DNA of 64,000 bases, from assembly GCF_964188315.1 (NCBI RefSeq), contig NC_135659.1, positions 32,674,001-32,738,000 of the forward strand, in the 5' to 3' direction. Below are positions 11,697 to 24,170 of the stretch, piece after piece; the stretch's first letter is position 1; each line of letters opens with the position of its first letter. The notes beneath the pieces were generated by a model that ran no database searches, was not told the DNA's origin, and worked only from the letters and a program-made list of their open reading frames with translations. Source of the stretch: Podarcis muralis (Eukaryota). A program made the position numbers and the translations under genes.

Positions 11697-13164
11697 ATGG
11701 CTGACCCTCTGCGCAGGACCCTCTCCAAGCTGCGGGGCAGGCGGGCGCAGCGAGGGGCGGCGGGGGAAGCCGCCGGGCACCCCAGCGGAGGCGGCGCCCT
11801 TCGAAGTCGAGCCCAGCAGAATCTGGCGCGCCCGGGAAACCGGACGCCGTGCGGGGTCTTCGCGCCCCACCTGGAGGAGCCCACGCTGAGGGAGCCGGAG
11901 TCTTGGTCCCGGCGGGGGAAGGCGGCAGCGGCGCCCGAGGAAGAATCCCCCGGAGCCCGCCTTTGCCCGCCGAAGAACCGCGTGGAAGGGACGCGGCAGC
12001 TGCCTCCGCCGAGCCCGCCGGGGCTCCGTGCGCCCCCGCCGGCGGCCGAGCTCTGCTTCTCGTCGTCGTCGTCGTTTTTCCCCCGCGGGGCGGACTCGGG
12101 CTCAGCGCTGGAGCGGGGCGGCGGGAGCGAGGAAGAGGACTATTACGACAACCACAGCCTGCCCGGCTGGAGCTGCCCCAAATTGGCGGGCCGGGCGCAG
12201 GGGAACGCCGACGGCAGCGTGGCCCTTGGCAGCGGCCACTCCAAGGCACACGAGAGCGCGGGCCGGCTTCGCAGCCAGCTGCAGGAGGCTTATTACCTGC
12301 TGATCCACGCCATGCACGACCTGCCCCCGGCTAGCCCCGTCGTCGGGGCCCGCTCCCCGCCGCCCCTTGCCCACCCGCCGCCCTCCTCCTTCCCCTCGGC
12401 TGGGAGGAGCCACGATGCCTCAAGCTGGACTTTCCCGTGCGGGGACGGGTCCCCGCCGTCGCGAGCGCCCGATTCCGGCTCCCAAGGCTCCGGCAGGGCC
12501 CCCGCCTGGCGCCGGGGCATCAGCAAGAGCTGGGAGAGCCTCCCCGCTGCCCAGCCGCCCGCCAGACCGCCGCCCTTGCGGAGGTGCGGCAGCGACGGCG
12601 CGCTCGGCCCCTCGCCCCGGGGCCACCTGCTGCAGCGGCCGGGCGCCAGGCGGGGACTAGGTTGCGGCGGCCTTGCAGCTCCCGCCGGCTGCTCTGACCA
12701 CAGCAGCAGCTGCGAGCAAAGCCCCGGCAGCCGGAGCGCTTGCGAGGGACATCCGTCGGCGCTGCCGCGGGACGACTTGGGCCGCTTGCTGGGCTCGGGG
12801 CTGTGCGCCGCCCTGGGCGAGGCGGTGGCGCTGAAGGGCGCCGCGGACCCGGCGGAGGGGGGCGGCGGCAGAAGCCACGTGCGCCCTCCGGCAGGCACCC
12901 ACGGCGGCCCCTTCAAGCCTCCCGCCGTGACGGTCCGGAAGCTGCAGAAATGGATGTACAAAGGACGCCTCCTGTCCCTGGGCATGAAAGGCCGCAGCGA
13001 GCCAGCGGGGGCTCCGTCGTCTTCGTCTCCCGCAAAAACATCCAGGACCTGCGGGCCCCCTCTGGGCAGAGAAGAGGGGCCGGCAACGCCGCCTCCTGCC
13101 CCCTTGAGGGGTCAAGGTGGAAAGGGCCTGGGATCCCCTTCAGACCAAAGAATCTTGCTGACAG
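11697..13164 (+). CDS. SYDE2: SYDE2 coding exon 1 (low-complexity N-terminus, 489 codons + 1 nt)
   Basis: ATG in ggcATGg context. Encodes MADPLRRTLSK...KPPAVTVRKLQKWMYKGRLLSLGMKGR...SDQRILLT, matching the recalled SYDE2 motif. Donor CAG|GTAATG after 13164, phase 1. Confidence 0.9.
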
Positions 13165-15791
13165 GTAATGATTTTTGTGACCACCTCCCCTCGCCTCACT
13201 TTCCCATGGTTGGGGGTTTGCAAGCCTCCCCAAAGTTGCTCTGTTCTTTTTATTTTATATTATGGACAGTGCTTTTAACTGCTGCTTGAAAGAAAGAAAA
13301 CACTTCAGTGCAGTTTGCCTCACCCTTGCATCCCTTGCACCCTTGCATTTGGGAAAAGCTTCACTTGGCTGAATTGCTTTCAGGTGCAGGAGACTTGCCT
13401 TTTGTTTATTTTAATTAAGGAGCAGGCCTACTCCAAGCCTCACCTGCTCTGTTGCATTCTGCTAAAGGCAAAATAGTCTCAGTTTCTGGGCCGGATGGAG
13501 TATACAACTAATGCTTATGGCATGTGAAGCTTGTTGACTACTCTCTGCAGTATTGCATAAAAATAGCAAGTTTGCCATAACAGGCATGCAGAGTGTTGAG
13601 AAAGAGACAAGGCTTTCGTAAAGTCTGTGTGCCAAATACTAATTTGCAAGTAGTGTGTGGGATTCACATGAAGGGAAAACACACACACATGCACAAAAAT
13701 GAGGTCACTTGTGTTTGCAGACCAGGACAAGTAGGTTAGTTAAAGGAAAGGAGGGTACATGTAGAATAGGAAGAAATACTGTACAGTAACCATAACTTCT
13801 CCTTATTCCACTGCGCAAGCTGGAATTTTTTAAAAGCTTATTTACATCTCACTTATTTCATTGGGAGAGTTAAGCAGTTGCATAGATCTCCCCCATTCAA
13901 ATTCAGCAAAACTTAAAAAAGCTTGCCTTTGGCTCTATTGTATGCTGCCATTAAAATATTAATTAAGGGGGGGGGAGGAAAGGCATAATGCTTCTGAGCC
14001 TCGGTTTCTCCAAAAGTAAGTTGTGGGGAGGGCTTTTCCGCATCAAATATCGCTGCAGGTGGAAAGCTGCCATAGCAAGGAGAGAGGTTCCATTCTAACA
14101 TTTCCCCTTGCATGCTGTTTTTCATGTGCAGGGAGCTTATTTTATTTTAGGCTGGGAGAAGAATTGAAATATTGAGGACTTGCCACATTTGCAGCATTTG
14201 AGCCTGGTGCAGCAGTGCAACTCCTTTCTCTGGTGTAAGAAAGCCTTGAGGAGGACCCTACCTGGCACAGTGCTATTCTAAATCCGATGGGGAGGAGCTG
14301 CCTCTTAAACAGTCCTCATTTTACCCCCAAGTTGCAGAGCAAGGAGTTGCCCAGTAGCACTTCCCCTGCTGCGAATACAGTGTGAAAAGTCATTCTTGGT
14401 ATGGAATGCAATTTGTCTCTCTCCGCCCCAGTTGCTGTTTTAAATTGTAACCTCTGCGTGAAATCTTAATGGACGTGTGACACTTATTAACCATAAATGT
14501 TTAGTTACTTTGAGTACAAGAAGTATCCTGGAAAATACTTCTCTTTTTTTATCTCTCCCTCCCACCCCTGAAATCTCTGCTCAGTGGCAGGTTCACAAGT
14601 ACACCTCACAATTCCCCTGACAAAACAAAAACTGGGGGGAGTGGGGGGGGGGAAGCACAGTGGGGTGGGGAGGAACATGTTAATGTTATCTGGTCAAGCA
14701 CCACTGCCTCATTTATTTCTATTGGCCCTGAGGGGGTGAAGCATTCCCAGAAGGGTTGGCAAATCAACATGGATGCTTCCAGAAAAAATGCCTCCCTTTT
14801 ATACATTAATCTCACAACGTGTTGCTAAACCGTGTTAATAGCTCACTTATTAAAGTACCCGTATATGAAGTAAGCTTTCAGTTTCTAGGTCCCTTGGTGT
14901 TTAATTTCTCTATAAAGTCCACATTATTGTGGATAGTCCAGTATTGTATGTAGAAATGAGAAGCTACAGATTCAAATAATAGTAATAGTAATGATGATGA
15001 TGATGATAAATAATCAGAAAGTGCTTAATTATCTTTTTCTGGGCAAGCCTATAGTAAGTTTCCTTTGTGAAAAACTTCAAGTTCAGCAGAACATTGGGTT
15101 GGATCCAAATTGAGTCATGCTTAGAGCAGCCCCATTGAGTTATTTATTTAGAAGATTTTCAAAATGCTTAATCAAAGAGCTTTCTAATTTAAATGGGTAG
15201 CTTAGTTCTTTTGATTGGTTTATCCTGAGGGGAGATACAGTCCTTTCCACCTGTTAAACCTGCCTTTGGCCCTCTGTGTTGTTCTGGACCATTTTCTGCT
15301 GTATCCCCCTCTGCTTAACATCCAAGAAACAGTACAGCTCAATAAATCCTATATTGTATTTCCTTATCTAGTTCCTCAAGACACAAAAGTGCAGGGAGAG
15401 ACAAATATTAAAGATGCTAGTATGGGGGACGATGGCACCCACTTTAAATCAGTTGTTGTGTTCTGTACTAAATCAAACGCACCCTCCACAGTGTCCACGT
15501 CACAAAATATATATATATCAGTACTTAGCACACCACTGACCACATTCTGTGACAGTTAAAGAAAGACCTGTGTACCTGCTATGTCTTTAAAGCACATTCT
15601 TTCACTCAAAGTAATTCTGGGCACTGTGGTTTATTCCTCACAGAGATGCAATTTCCAGCAATCCTTAAACAGCAGTGCCCAGAATTTATTGAGGAAAGTA
15701 ATGCATTTTGCATGTACTCTAAAGGTACAATGTGTGCGCAGCTGATTGAAAGTATTTCTGAAAAAAACAAATTCTGTATGTCAGTGTAGGG

Positions 15792-16155
15792 CAGTGCTTC
15801 CCAAAGTGGGTGATACCGCCCCCTGGGGGAGGCACTGGAACAATTGGGGGGGTAGTAACCTCTGGTGCAATTGGGACAGGGCATTGAATAAAAATAGGGG
15901 GGCAGTGGAAGCATGAAGAGGTTGGTTTTTTTTGGAAAAACTACATGTTTCATCGTTGTTTACAACTACATCTTTATTTACTATGTTGTAGAACGTAGGT
16001 AGAAATATAGATACATAAAAGAACACAAATTTGTCACTGCACCTTTCTGTTTGTTCGTGTAAAGAAGGTGATTTCCTAGGGGGTGCTGGGTAATGTTTTG
16101 TTTTGTTTTTTTCCTGAAAAGGAGACAGTAGGCCAAATAAGTTTGGGAACCTCTG
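15792..16155. mobile_element. hAT MITE
   Basis: TIRs cagtgcttcccaaa / tttgggaacctctg. TSD gtgtaggg / gtgtagaa. Confidence 0.8.
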
Positions 16156-18133
16156 GTGTAGAACGAGGCATGCTTCCCCGTAAGCAAGCCCCATTCTGTT
16201 CAGTGGGATTTACTTCCAGGTAATAAGATCACACAACTCAAAGACTACACAGGGTTTGAATATATTTTGTCATTGCATCTTAGCACCCCCCCCCCGCACC
16301 CCCCACCTTAAATAACTTCTAATTAGGATTGCTGCAATAAATCTACAGGATCACTGTGGTGCTTTGCCCTTGTTAAACTTGCTTCTGCTGTTTTTGTAAA
16401 CTAGACATAGCCTTAGGTCTAGTTTGTACATGTGTGATTAATGCTGAGTAGCTATTGATATGAGTTATGTGTTGAGAATCTGCTCTCCGGAGGGCTGTTA
16501 GCTTTCCTAACTTGTCCCTAATGGAGGAGGGAAAACTTGCCCTTTTAATATAGGGTGGACATTTGTGAATTGCTTCACAGAGATGTGTATCTTGCTAAGG
16601 TGCCCAGTTGTAAAGAAACAGACTGTGCAGGAAAGGGAATTTCAGCAAGTGCTCCTGTCAAAATTCTCATTTCTACGGGGCAGTTAAAGAGAAGGGATTC
16701 TCCTCCTCCTCTTCAAATGTTGCCCTCAGGGGCAGCTCATGACAACTGACCCCCAGTACCCTCAAGTGGCCCATTCTCCCACAGCCATGGCTGTGATCAG
16801 TCTAGATCTTGCAGGAAAGCCCGGGCATTTAACAAAGCTCCAGGATGTCCACTTTGGTGTTAACAGCGCTTGTGTGAAATAGTCACTTGCATTAGCAGGT
16901 ATCGATGCTTTTTATAATGAATGAACCAGCTTGTAAGTTAAACGTTAATAACTTAATTATTCAAATACTCCTCTTTAACAGTGTGTGGTCTCTAATCTTA
17001 ACTGAAAGAAGCAGTTGCTTTTTAGTACAGTTTCTTTCATGTTTTAACTTTTCCACATAAGTGTGTGTGGAATAGCTGCAGTGGTAAATGCTTTTCGAGG
17101 GTGCCTCCCCCGCCCCCCAGTTTTGTTTTAAGTTCTGTTTTAGGATTATGCCTGGTTTAAAGTTTCATTGCTCTAAATCCTCCTAGATTTATTGCAAAAC
17201 ACTGCTTCAGAAAAATATAATTAGCCAGAGCATTCTAAGCATTGGTTGCACAATGGTACTACATTCTGTGTATTGTTTTACAGACATGGGAAGGTTAAAA
17301 TGCACATAATTACAAGGTGCCTGTTAATTGTACAGACTTGAGTAGTCACAGGAAAAGGAAAAGACTTACCGTATTCCAGAAATCTAGGTTGAGATGTAAG
17401 AATGCTTCTTGCCCTATACAGGGGCGGACTTTAGTCTTTCAGATTTCAAGTAATAACAAAATATATAAACCAACATAGCGAGTGATTATTATTATTATTA
17501 TTATTATTAGTAGTAGTATTTTAACAAAGAACTTATCCATTTGCATTTTTAAAAATAGGCAGAATGAATTCTGTCTGCTTAAATAGGTTGTATGGAGGCA
17601 TGGGTAAAGTTAAATGAAGTCAAGTTCTGTTCTGTTCTTGGTCGTAACCTCGAGTTTGATTGACTGATGGGAATTGTTCTGCCTAATGGCTTTATTTTTA
17701 CATTTTTTTTGCCCAATAACCTTAAATATTAATTTGTTCCATAGGGAGACAATAACACATCGAAACCTTTTTTAAACCCCGCTTCCATGTTCTAGTAAAA
17801 TTACAGGATTTTCCTAGTGAGTATTTGTTTAGCATATGGACTATTGGGAGGCCATGATGGTAGCCCAAGCCAAGTCTTTGAGCATTAGGTGCCCTTCTTA
17901 GTAATAGCAGTGCAGTTGTGGAAGGCGATGCCCCTAGAGGTTCAACTGGTGCCAACATTGTCCACCGTGACATGACCTGCTGAAGAACTGCCTTGTCCAC
18001 CAGGTTTTAATATAGTAAGATGCTTGGATCTCAGGAAGCTGGCCAACTGTTTTTATTATTATTATTGTATTGCTGATACTGTGTTTTGTGTTAACGTTTA
18101 TTGTTTTGTGTATTTACTATTGTAAATTGCTCT

Positions 18134-18572
18134 GGGAGAGCCAGTGTGGTGTAGTGGTTCAGAGCGGTGGACTCGTAATCTGGTGAACCAGGTTCACGTC
18201 TCCACTCCTCCACATGCAGCTGCTGGGTGACCTTGGGCTAGTCACTCTTCTCTGAAGTCTCTCAGCCTCACTCGCCTCACAGAGTGTTTGTTGTCGGGGA
18301 GGAAGGGAAAGGAGAATGTTAGCCGCTTTGAGACTCCTTCGGGTAGTGATAAAGCGGGATATCAGTGGCGTGGGTTGTCAGCACCCGGGGCAAGGCAAGT
18401 AATTTGCGCCCCCTAACCCGTGGATTTGCGCCCCCTAACCCGTGGATTTGCGCCCCCTAACCTGTGGATTTGCCCTAACCCCAGATGTTGCGCCCGGTGC
18501 GGCCGGCCCCCTCTGCACCCCCCACACTACGCCACTGCGGGATATCAAATCCAAGCTCCTCCTCCTCCTCTT
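18134..18572 (+). mobile_element. tRNA-derived SINE (probably Squam3-type), interrupted by a MITE
   Basis: gagagccagtgtggtgtagtgg head, (CTC)n tail, closely similar to the copy at 44970. Confidence 0.88.
18363..18537. mobile_element. hAT-type MITE with a 22-bp tandem array
   Basis: TIRs cagtggcgt(g/a)g, perfect 8-bp TSD cgggatat, about 3.5 copies of atttgcgccccctaacccgtgg. Confidence 0.9.
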
Positions 18573-19359
18573 AGGACGAAGGGTAGGATGCCAGTGTGAG
18601 AGAGATGCTCCTGAGGAATAATTGCAAGCGGCCGGAAAAGGGGTAAAAGGGAACCTTCACCACATCTGGAGGAACGAGAAGACATGAAACGCTGAAATAA
18701 TACACGATTAAATGATTGCATCTCTCCCCCCCCCCTGTGCCCCTTATATATTATTCACAGGGAGCATAGAAGTTTTAAAAACATCCCCCCTTCTTTTAGA
18801 ATAAACGTTTGTTTTATGAAACATAGGAAGAGTGACATTTGTAAAAATGCATCTAAGATAAATCTATTCTTTGGTTATTTACTTTCATCCCAGAAGGATG
18901 AAAGAATCTGAACTAGTCAAGAATCTGGTCCCTTGGTGGGCCATGATAGCTACATTATAGCATGGTCCCTAACTTCATGTTTATCAAGCAGTGTCTGATA
19001 TTGGGGTGGGGGTGGGATAGATCCTTTTCTCGCTGTGTCTGCTCACTTGGAATGTAATGCATGTTCAGACACGACTGTCCTACCATTTGTAGTTACTTCA
19101 AGACTTTTATTGCTGTTGGATCTGTGCATCTGGTCAGATTTGAATATTTAGCCATCAAAATATACAGCCTCCCCCTTCCCGCCCGCCATCCCTGTTGTAT
19201 ATTGAAACTGTGTGGAATGCCTGTATGCTGAGCTATGCCTGTATATGGATATAATGTGTATATAATGTATAGCTACAGAGTTTATGTAGTTCTTTGATTT
19301 AAAAAAGGAGGAAAGTAAAACAAGGGAGTTCTGTTTCCATCAGAGCTTTACCTTTATGT

Positions 19360-19497
19360 CAGCCTTTGCCAACCTGGTGCCCTCCAGATGTTTTGGGCTG
19401 CAATTTCCATCAGCCCCAGCCAGTAAGACATGCTGGATGGGCTGATGGGTTTTGTAGTCCAAAACCTTTTGGAAGGGCACCAGGTTAACAATGGCTG
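19360..19497. mobile_element. Hairpin hAT MITE
   Basis: Self-complementary along its length. TSD ctttatgt / ctttaagt. Confidence 0.85.
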
Positions 19498-19622
19498 CTT
19501 TAAGTTTATGAAACAGAAGCTTTTTTCAGGCTTTCTGGACACTTGCAATGTGCTGCTGTAGACTACCCCACTCCACAATTTCAATTTGCTCTCTCTGTTT
19601 CTCTCCTCCCCGTCCTTTACAG

Positions 19623-20309
19623 ATTTGATTGAAACAGTGTACATACCGTCGGTGAGCAGAAGAGAACTTAAGAACTTCAAATCCACCGAAGTCGCTGAGT
19701 GCAGGCCTCGGATTGCCAGCATCACCGTGTCCAAGAAACGTAACTGGCTACATCAAAGTTCTCCAAGGGTGCCCAATTTGGAAAAAGGAAACTCGTATAA
19801 GAAAATTTCAAGAGAAACGCACCAGAGACAGAAATCGCCCAGCCCATTGCTTGAGCCGAAGATGCCTCACCTTTTCCCCAAACTTCTAGGGCATGAAAGC
19901 CCTAAAAGAAGAATTGGTTGCGTACGAGCTGTTGAGAATGGGGCAAGCTCTTTGGCACGGCGAAACTGTACTTTAGATTTTGGGGATGATAACGATGCAG
20001 ATGATGAAGGAGAAATATGGTACAACCCTATCCCTGAAGACGATGAGCCCAATTTTCCTGACCATTTGGACCCTCAAGCCATTAATTGCAAGGTGCCTTC
20101 TGGGAATGACTTGGTTAAAGTCGTAAGGCCTAACGAAGGCCTCGCACACGTCTTAGACTGTGTCGGAAACACTCTGCCCAGGGAAATTAATGAAGTAGAT
20201 GGTGTACATTCCATGGAACATTTGCAAGTACACAAGCAAAAGCCTACGTGCAGTATTCAGACTGGGTTTGCAGTGGAAGATAGCCCTACATTGAAAGGTA
20301 CTTTGGGAG
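19623..20309 (+). CDS. SYDE2: SYDE2 coding exon 2
   Basis: Pyrimidine tract + TTACAG acceptor. Encodes SITVSKKRNWL...NDADDEGEIWYNPIPEDD...EDSPTLK. Donor GAG|GTAAGA. 687 nt, phase 1/1. Confidence 0.95.
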
Positions 20310-23300
20310 GTAAGAGGAGTGCAAACATTTAACCTACAGCGATGTTGTTAAATATTACATTTCATAAGGTGGTACTAGCTTTCATTTTGGGGTAAGCTGA
20401 AAGTCCCATTTCTCTGGAAGTTCAAGTCTTACGTAAGCGTTAATTCACTCATACAGCTTGATCAATGCATCTTCATTCAAAAGTGAACTGATTTTTTTAA
20501 CCAGACTTACTCTTTTAGACAGTTTTATTTTCACTAGGCCTACTTTGGGTTTATTCTGTAACGTATTCTGAAACTTTCATTTGCTCATGTAGAAACATCT
20601 CTCCCAATCGTTCTTCTAGTAGGTTTGCGGAAACACTATTGTCAACCACAATTGGGAATTAGTTATATCCTACAGTAACAGATCTGCCGTTGATTTTTGT
20701 TTGCGTAGAACTGTCAACATTTTAATTTTTGTTCAGTTCTTAGAACAAACTATATAACTATATAAATTGAATATAGTTTGTATAGAACAAACTATACAAA
20801 CTATATAACACAAATTGCCCATTACAACTTATTCAACATTTTTCTTAATAGTGCTGGCTATAGGGATATGCCTAACATTGTTTCTGAATTGGCTTTGTTT
20901 CTCAGGGTTGTTTTTAAAAAACAAAAACAAAAAACATGGAGTATTCCATTTTGTGTGTGCTCTTAATTTATACAACAGCAGAGTTATGCTTTTCTTGAGA
21001 CATACTAGCTTTTTTGTGTGGCTTCTACTGAGTTCATTGTAATATATACTTTATTTGCAAGCTGGGAAGGTGTAAATATGACCGTTGTAGGAAATCTACA
21101 TGCATTTTATGCCATGTTTCATGGATTAATTTCTTAATACATACATAGCTCCCACGAGTATTGGCAGAGGACTTCTGATAGATTAAAGTTTGTTTTTGAA
21201 TTAAGGGAGATTATATAGAGGCTTTCAACTCACTGGGGAAAATTTGTTGCTTAACTAAATCAAGATTGGTTCATGATTGTGGTGCCTATAATGAACCCTG
21301 GTGAAATTGATTGCAAATCTATCCTATACTGTTCCTTGTGTCTTGAGTTAATGAATGCAGCCTTGCCTCTGTGTGCATTGAATAGTAATCACATTGAATG
21401 CAATAATTGATGAAGAGAGTCCCTGCTGTTACGTAATTGGCTTTATTGCTAAGGACTACTTAGTGATTCTTTTAATCCTGTTAAGGTGTCTACAGTTAAT
21501 TTCAGTCAAAGCTGAAATGACAGCTCCTCCAGACAAAATTGTCACATAAAGGGCAGCAGGGCAAATCAATTTGTTTGTATGAATGTGTAGTACTGAGTAG
21601 CACATGCAGTTACTCTGAAGTGGGATGTAAATGTCTTCATGGCTTTCAATCCTAGCTGGTTGTTACTGTCTTCTGCCTAGCGATTTCCTAAATATTTTCC
21701 CCGCCCCCAAAAGGGATATCCTTTGGGGTGGGGCAGATGCCAGCTTATGTATAGTTTTTATGCTGAGTGTTGATTTTGAAATAATTTCCTAGTCCATAAT
21801 TGACCCGTCTCCATAACAGCACAACAGATATGATTGCTATATTTCCCAGAATACCTTTTGGCAGATCTGGAATATCATCTAATCCTCCTTGTTGCCCGTA
21901 ATGGGAACTAAACAGCTTAACCGATACATGCAAATGGGATTTTGTGTGGCGCCTCTTCAAGGGGACTTACTAATAAATGTCTTTAATATATTTCCAGGTT
22001 CTGATTTGCACTAAGTATGATTTTTATTGTTACTTTCCTGCAAATCAAGACAGGGCTGCCATCAAACACGCCATTCAATATCAAGCTTTGCAACAACGTA
22101 GGGAAACTTACCTTTCCTGCCATTGCTCTACATCTGACTGTTGCCGATGGGAAAAAACACAAAGCGTGATGTTGTCAGGACACGAGATAACTTTTACTAG
22201 CCAGTGCAGAAGGGTGAACTTGGCATGGTTGTGCTGTTCACAGCGAGAGTTATGCTTTGTCCATTTTTCATTCGACTCTTCTCCCTGACTTTTAAAACCA
22301 GCGAGAGGCAGATGATATACTGCCGCCCCTTTACAAAGAAAGCAACTTTCTCTTCCAACTCTGCATGTATATATCTAAACCTGGCAACAGAACCATCCCT
22401 CCTGAAGGGCTACTGAAACAGAAGTCTTGAACTGTGTGACCGCAGAAAGGCTGCATGAGTTGGCTTCTCAGTAAGCATCACATTGTTTAATACTCATCAT
22501 GCTTTCTAAGGCACTCACATTTTACTGTCTTATTTTCTTGGTACAGAATTATCCTGTATGTGCTATGCCATATTTTTTTAACCATTCCAGAATTAAGCAG
22601 TAGGCCTCTCATAAGAAAAAACAGCAATCCTTAACTGCCTGCCTGCCAGCCATAGAGGAAATCTCTTTTTTAGACAATTGCAAGCTTTCTGAAAATAAGT
22701 GTCTCTCTCTTGCTATTTCCATCTTAACTATAGTGTTTGCTGCTGAGGTTTTTCGAGATAATGTTTACTGAATTATACCTAGCATCCTTAAGACTTCCTC
22801 AAATCATAAAAAAGGGAGAACAGTATTTTTAGTTCAGGAGGTACTGAAAGGAACATTATTTGCATTCCATCCTGCAGCCGAGTAGTCCATATTTAGATAA
22901 AAAGCTTTCTGTTTTTACCGTAATGCGTTGCCTTTTATATAAGAACTGCAGCTTCAGAGTTTGGAAGGCTTTCTGTATGAATGTGTAGCTGTGGGAGGAG
23001 AAAGATAAATAGCACTGCAGACTTCCTTCGAAAACAGAAGGCTGGTGCTTTTGATCACAATTTTATATAGCCAGTTTGCATTAGACCAAATGAATGTGTT
23101 TGGTCCAAGACAATAGCTGTATCCGTTTAGTATAACTGGTGGCGAGGGAGCACGTTGAGGACTCTTGAGTATTGACTTCTGGGGTTAATTTGAGTCAGCC
23201 TTTCTGCGTCTGAGCAGAGTTGTGTACATGTTGATTTAATTAGAATTGACTTGATGGATTAAATAGACTTCGATTGAGTAGATGAGATGAGATCTGACTT

Positions 23301-23814
23301 TATGAAGTACAGTGATTCCCATGTGATGCTTGTTGGTCTCTAGCTTTGAAAGAAGTGGGTGTGCGGCTGTGCATTTAATTGCTTCATTGCAGAAGCTCTA
23401 CAACTTTTTAAAAACTAGGTAACACAAGCTCACGGGCCAACATGGCTATCTTCACTTTTTGTGTTATCTGCAGAAGGCAGTTTATAATCTTGTGTAGTTC
23501 CCCACCTCCACCCCAGGTGCCATATAGAAAAGCTTGCAGACACCTCTGTGCCAAGATGATGAATTTCAACTGACCGCAAAAGCTGCCTTTTCTTTCTCTG
23601 TTACTTGTGTGTGAGTGTCTGCACACATATTTATGATGGCAAAAAAACACCAAAGCCGACTTATTGTAGGGATTTGGTTTTTTCCAAGCGCTTGCTTTTC
23701 ATTGCAAATATCTGATAATGCACTTGGAAAGAAAATGGGATGTGGCAAAGATCACAGCGGTGTTTCTGTTTGTCCCAATGAGAACTGCATAGGTGAATTC
23801 TCCATTATATAATA

Positions 23815-24170
23815 AAGGTAAAGGTAAAAGGACCCCTGACCATTAGGTCCAGTCGTGACCGACTCTGGGGTTGTGGCACTCATCTCGCTTTATTGGCCAA
23901 GGGAGCTGGCGTACAGCTTCCGGGTCATGTGGCCAGCATGACTAAGCCACTTCTGGCGAACCAGAGCAGCGCACAGAAATGCCATTCACCTTCCCGCTGG
24001 AGTGGTACCTATTTATCTACTTGCACTTTGACGTGCTTTCGAACTGCTAGGTTGGCAGGAGCAGGGACTGAGCAACGGGAGCTCACCCCGTCATGGGGAT
24101 TCGAACCACCGACCTTCTGATCGGCAAGTCCTAGGTTCTGTGGTTTAACCCACAGCGTCACCCGCATCCC
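23815..24170 (-). mobile_element. Sauria SINE, full length
   Basis: 13-bp TSD ccattatataata at 23802 and 24171. Confidence 0.95.

Larger units (their letters stand above)
11130..13170 (+). promoter_or_regulatory. CpG island / SYDE2 promoter and exon 1
   Basis: Abrupt GC- and CpG-rich block against an AT-rich, CpG-poor background. GC box ccccgcccc near 11251. Confidence 0.85.

Noticed and set aside
11212-13233. Many long overlapping ORFs on both strands in the CpG island (e.g. 345 aa and 230 aa on the minus strand)
   Set aside because: Expected from stop-codon scarcity in GC-rich DNA. Low-complexity Pro/Ala/Arg/Gly content and no recognisable domain.
13165-13289. In-frame tails of ORF-track entries past the exon 1, 2, 3, 5 and 6 donors
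   Set aside because: Intronic read-through. Homology stops at canonical GT donors.
15373-15559. Phase-1-compatible acceptor with an open frame in SYDE2 intron 1
   Set aside because: No donor before the stop, no resemblance to SYDE2 as I recall it, and no clear polyA signal.
18134-18215. tRNA genes at the SINE heads (also 233, 10625, 44970, 45357)
   Set aside because: Each continues into a SINE body and tail, several have TSDs, and none forms a complete cloverleaf with terminator.
18402-18482. 22-bp array as a CRISPR-like or true interstitial telomere repeat
   Set aside because: Head-to-tail units without unique spacers, eukaryotic context, only one CCCTAA per unit, and enclosed by TIRs.
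20741-20810. Small local direct/inverted duplications (also 24790-24825, 27079-27135, 45664-45712)
   Set aside because: Typical slippage products with no TIR, TSD or functional context.
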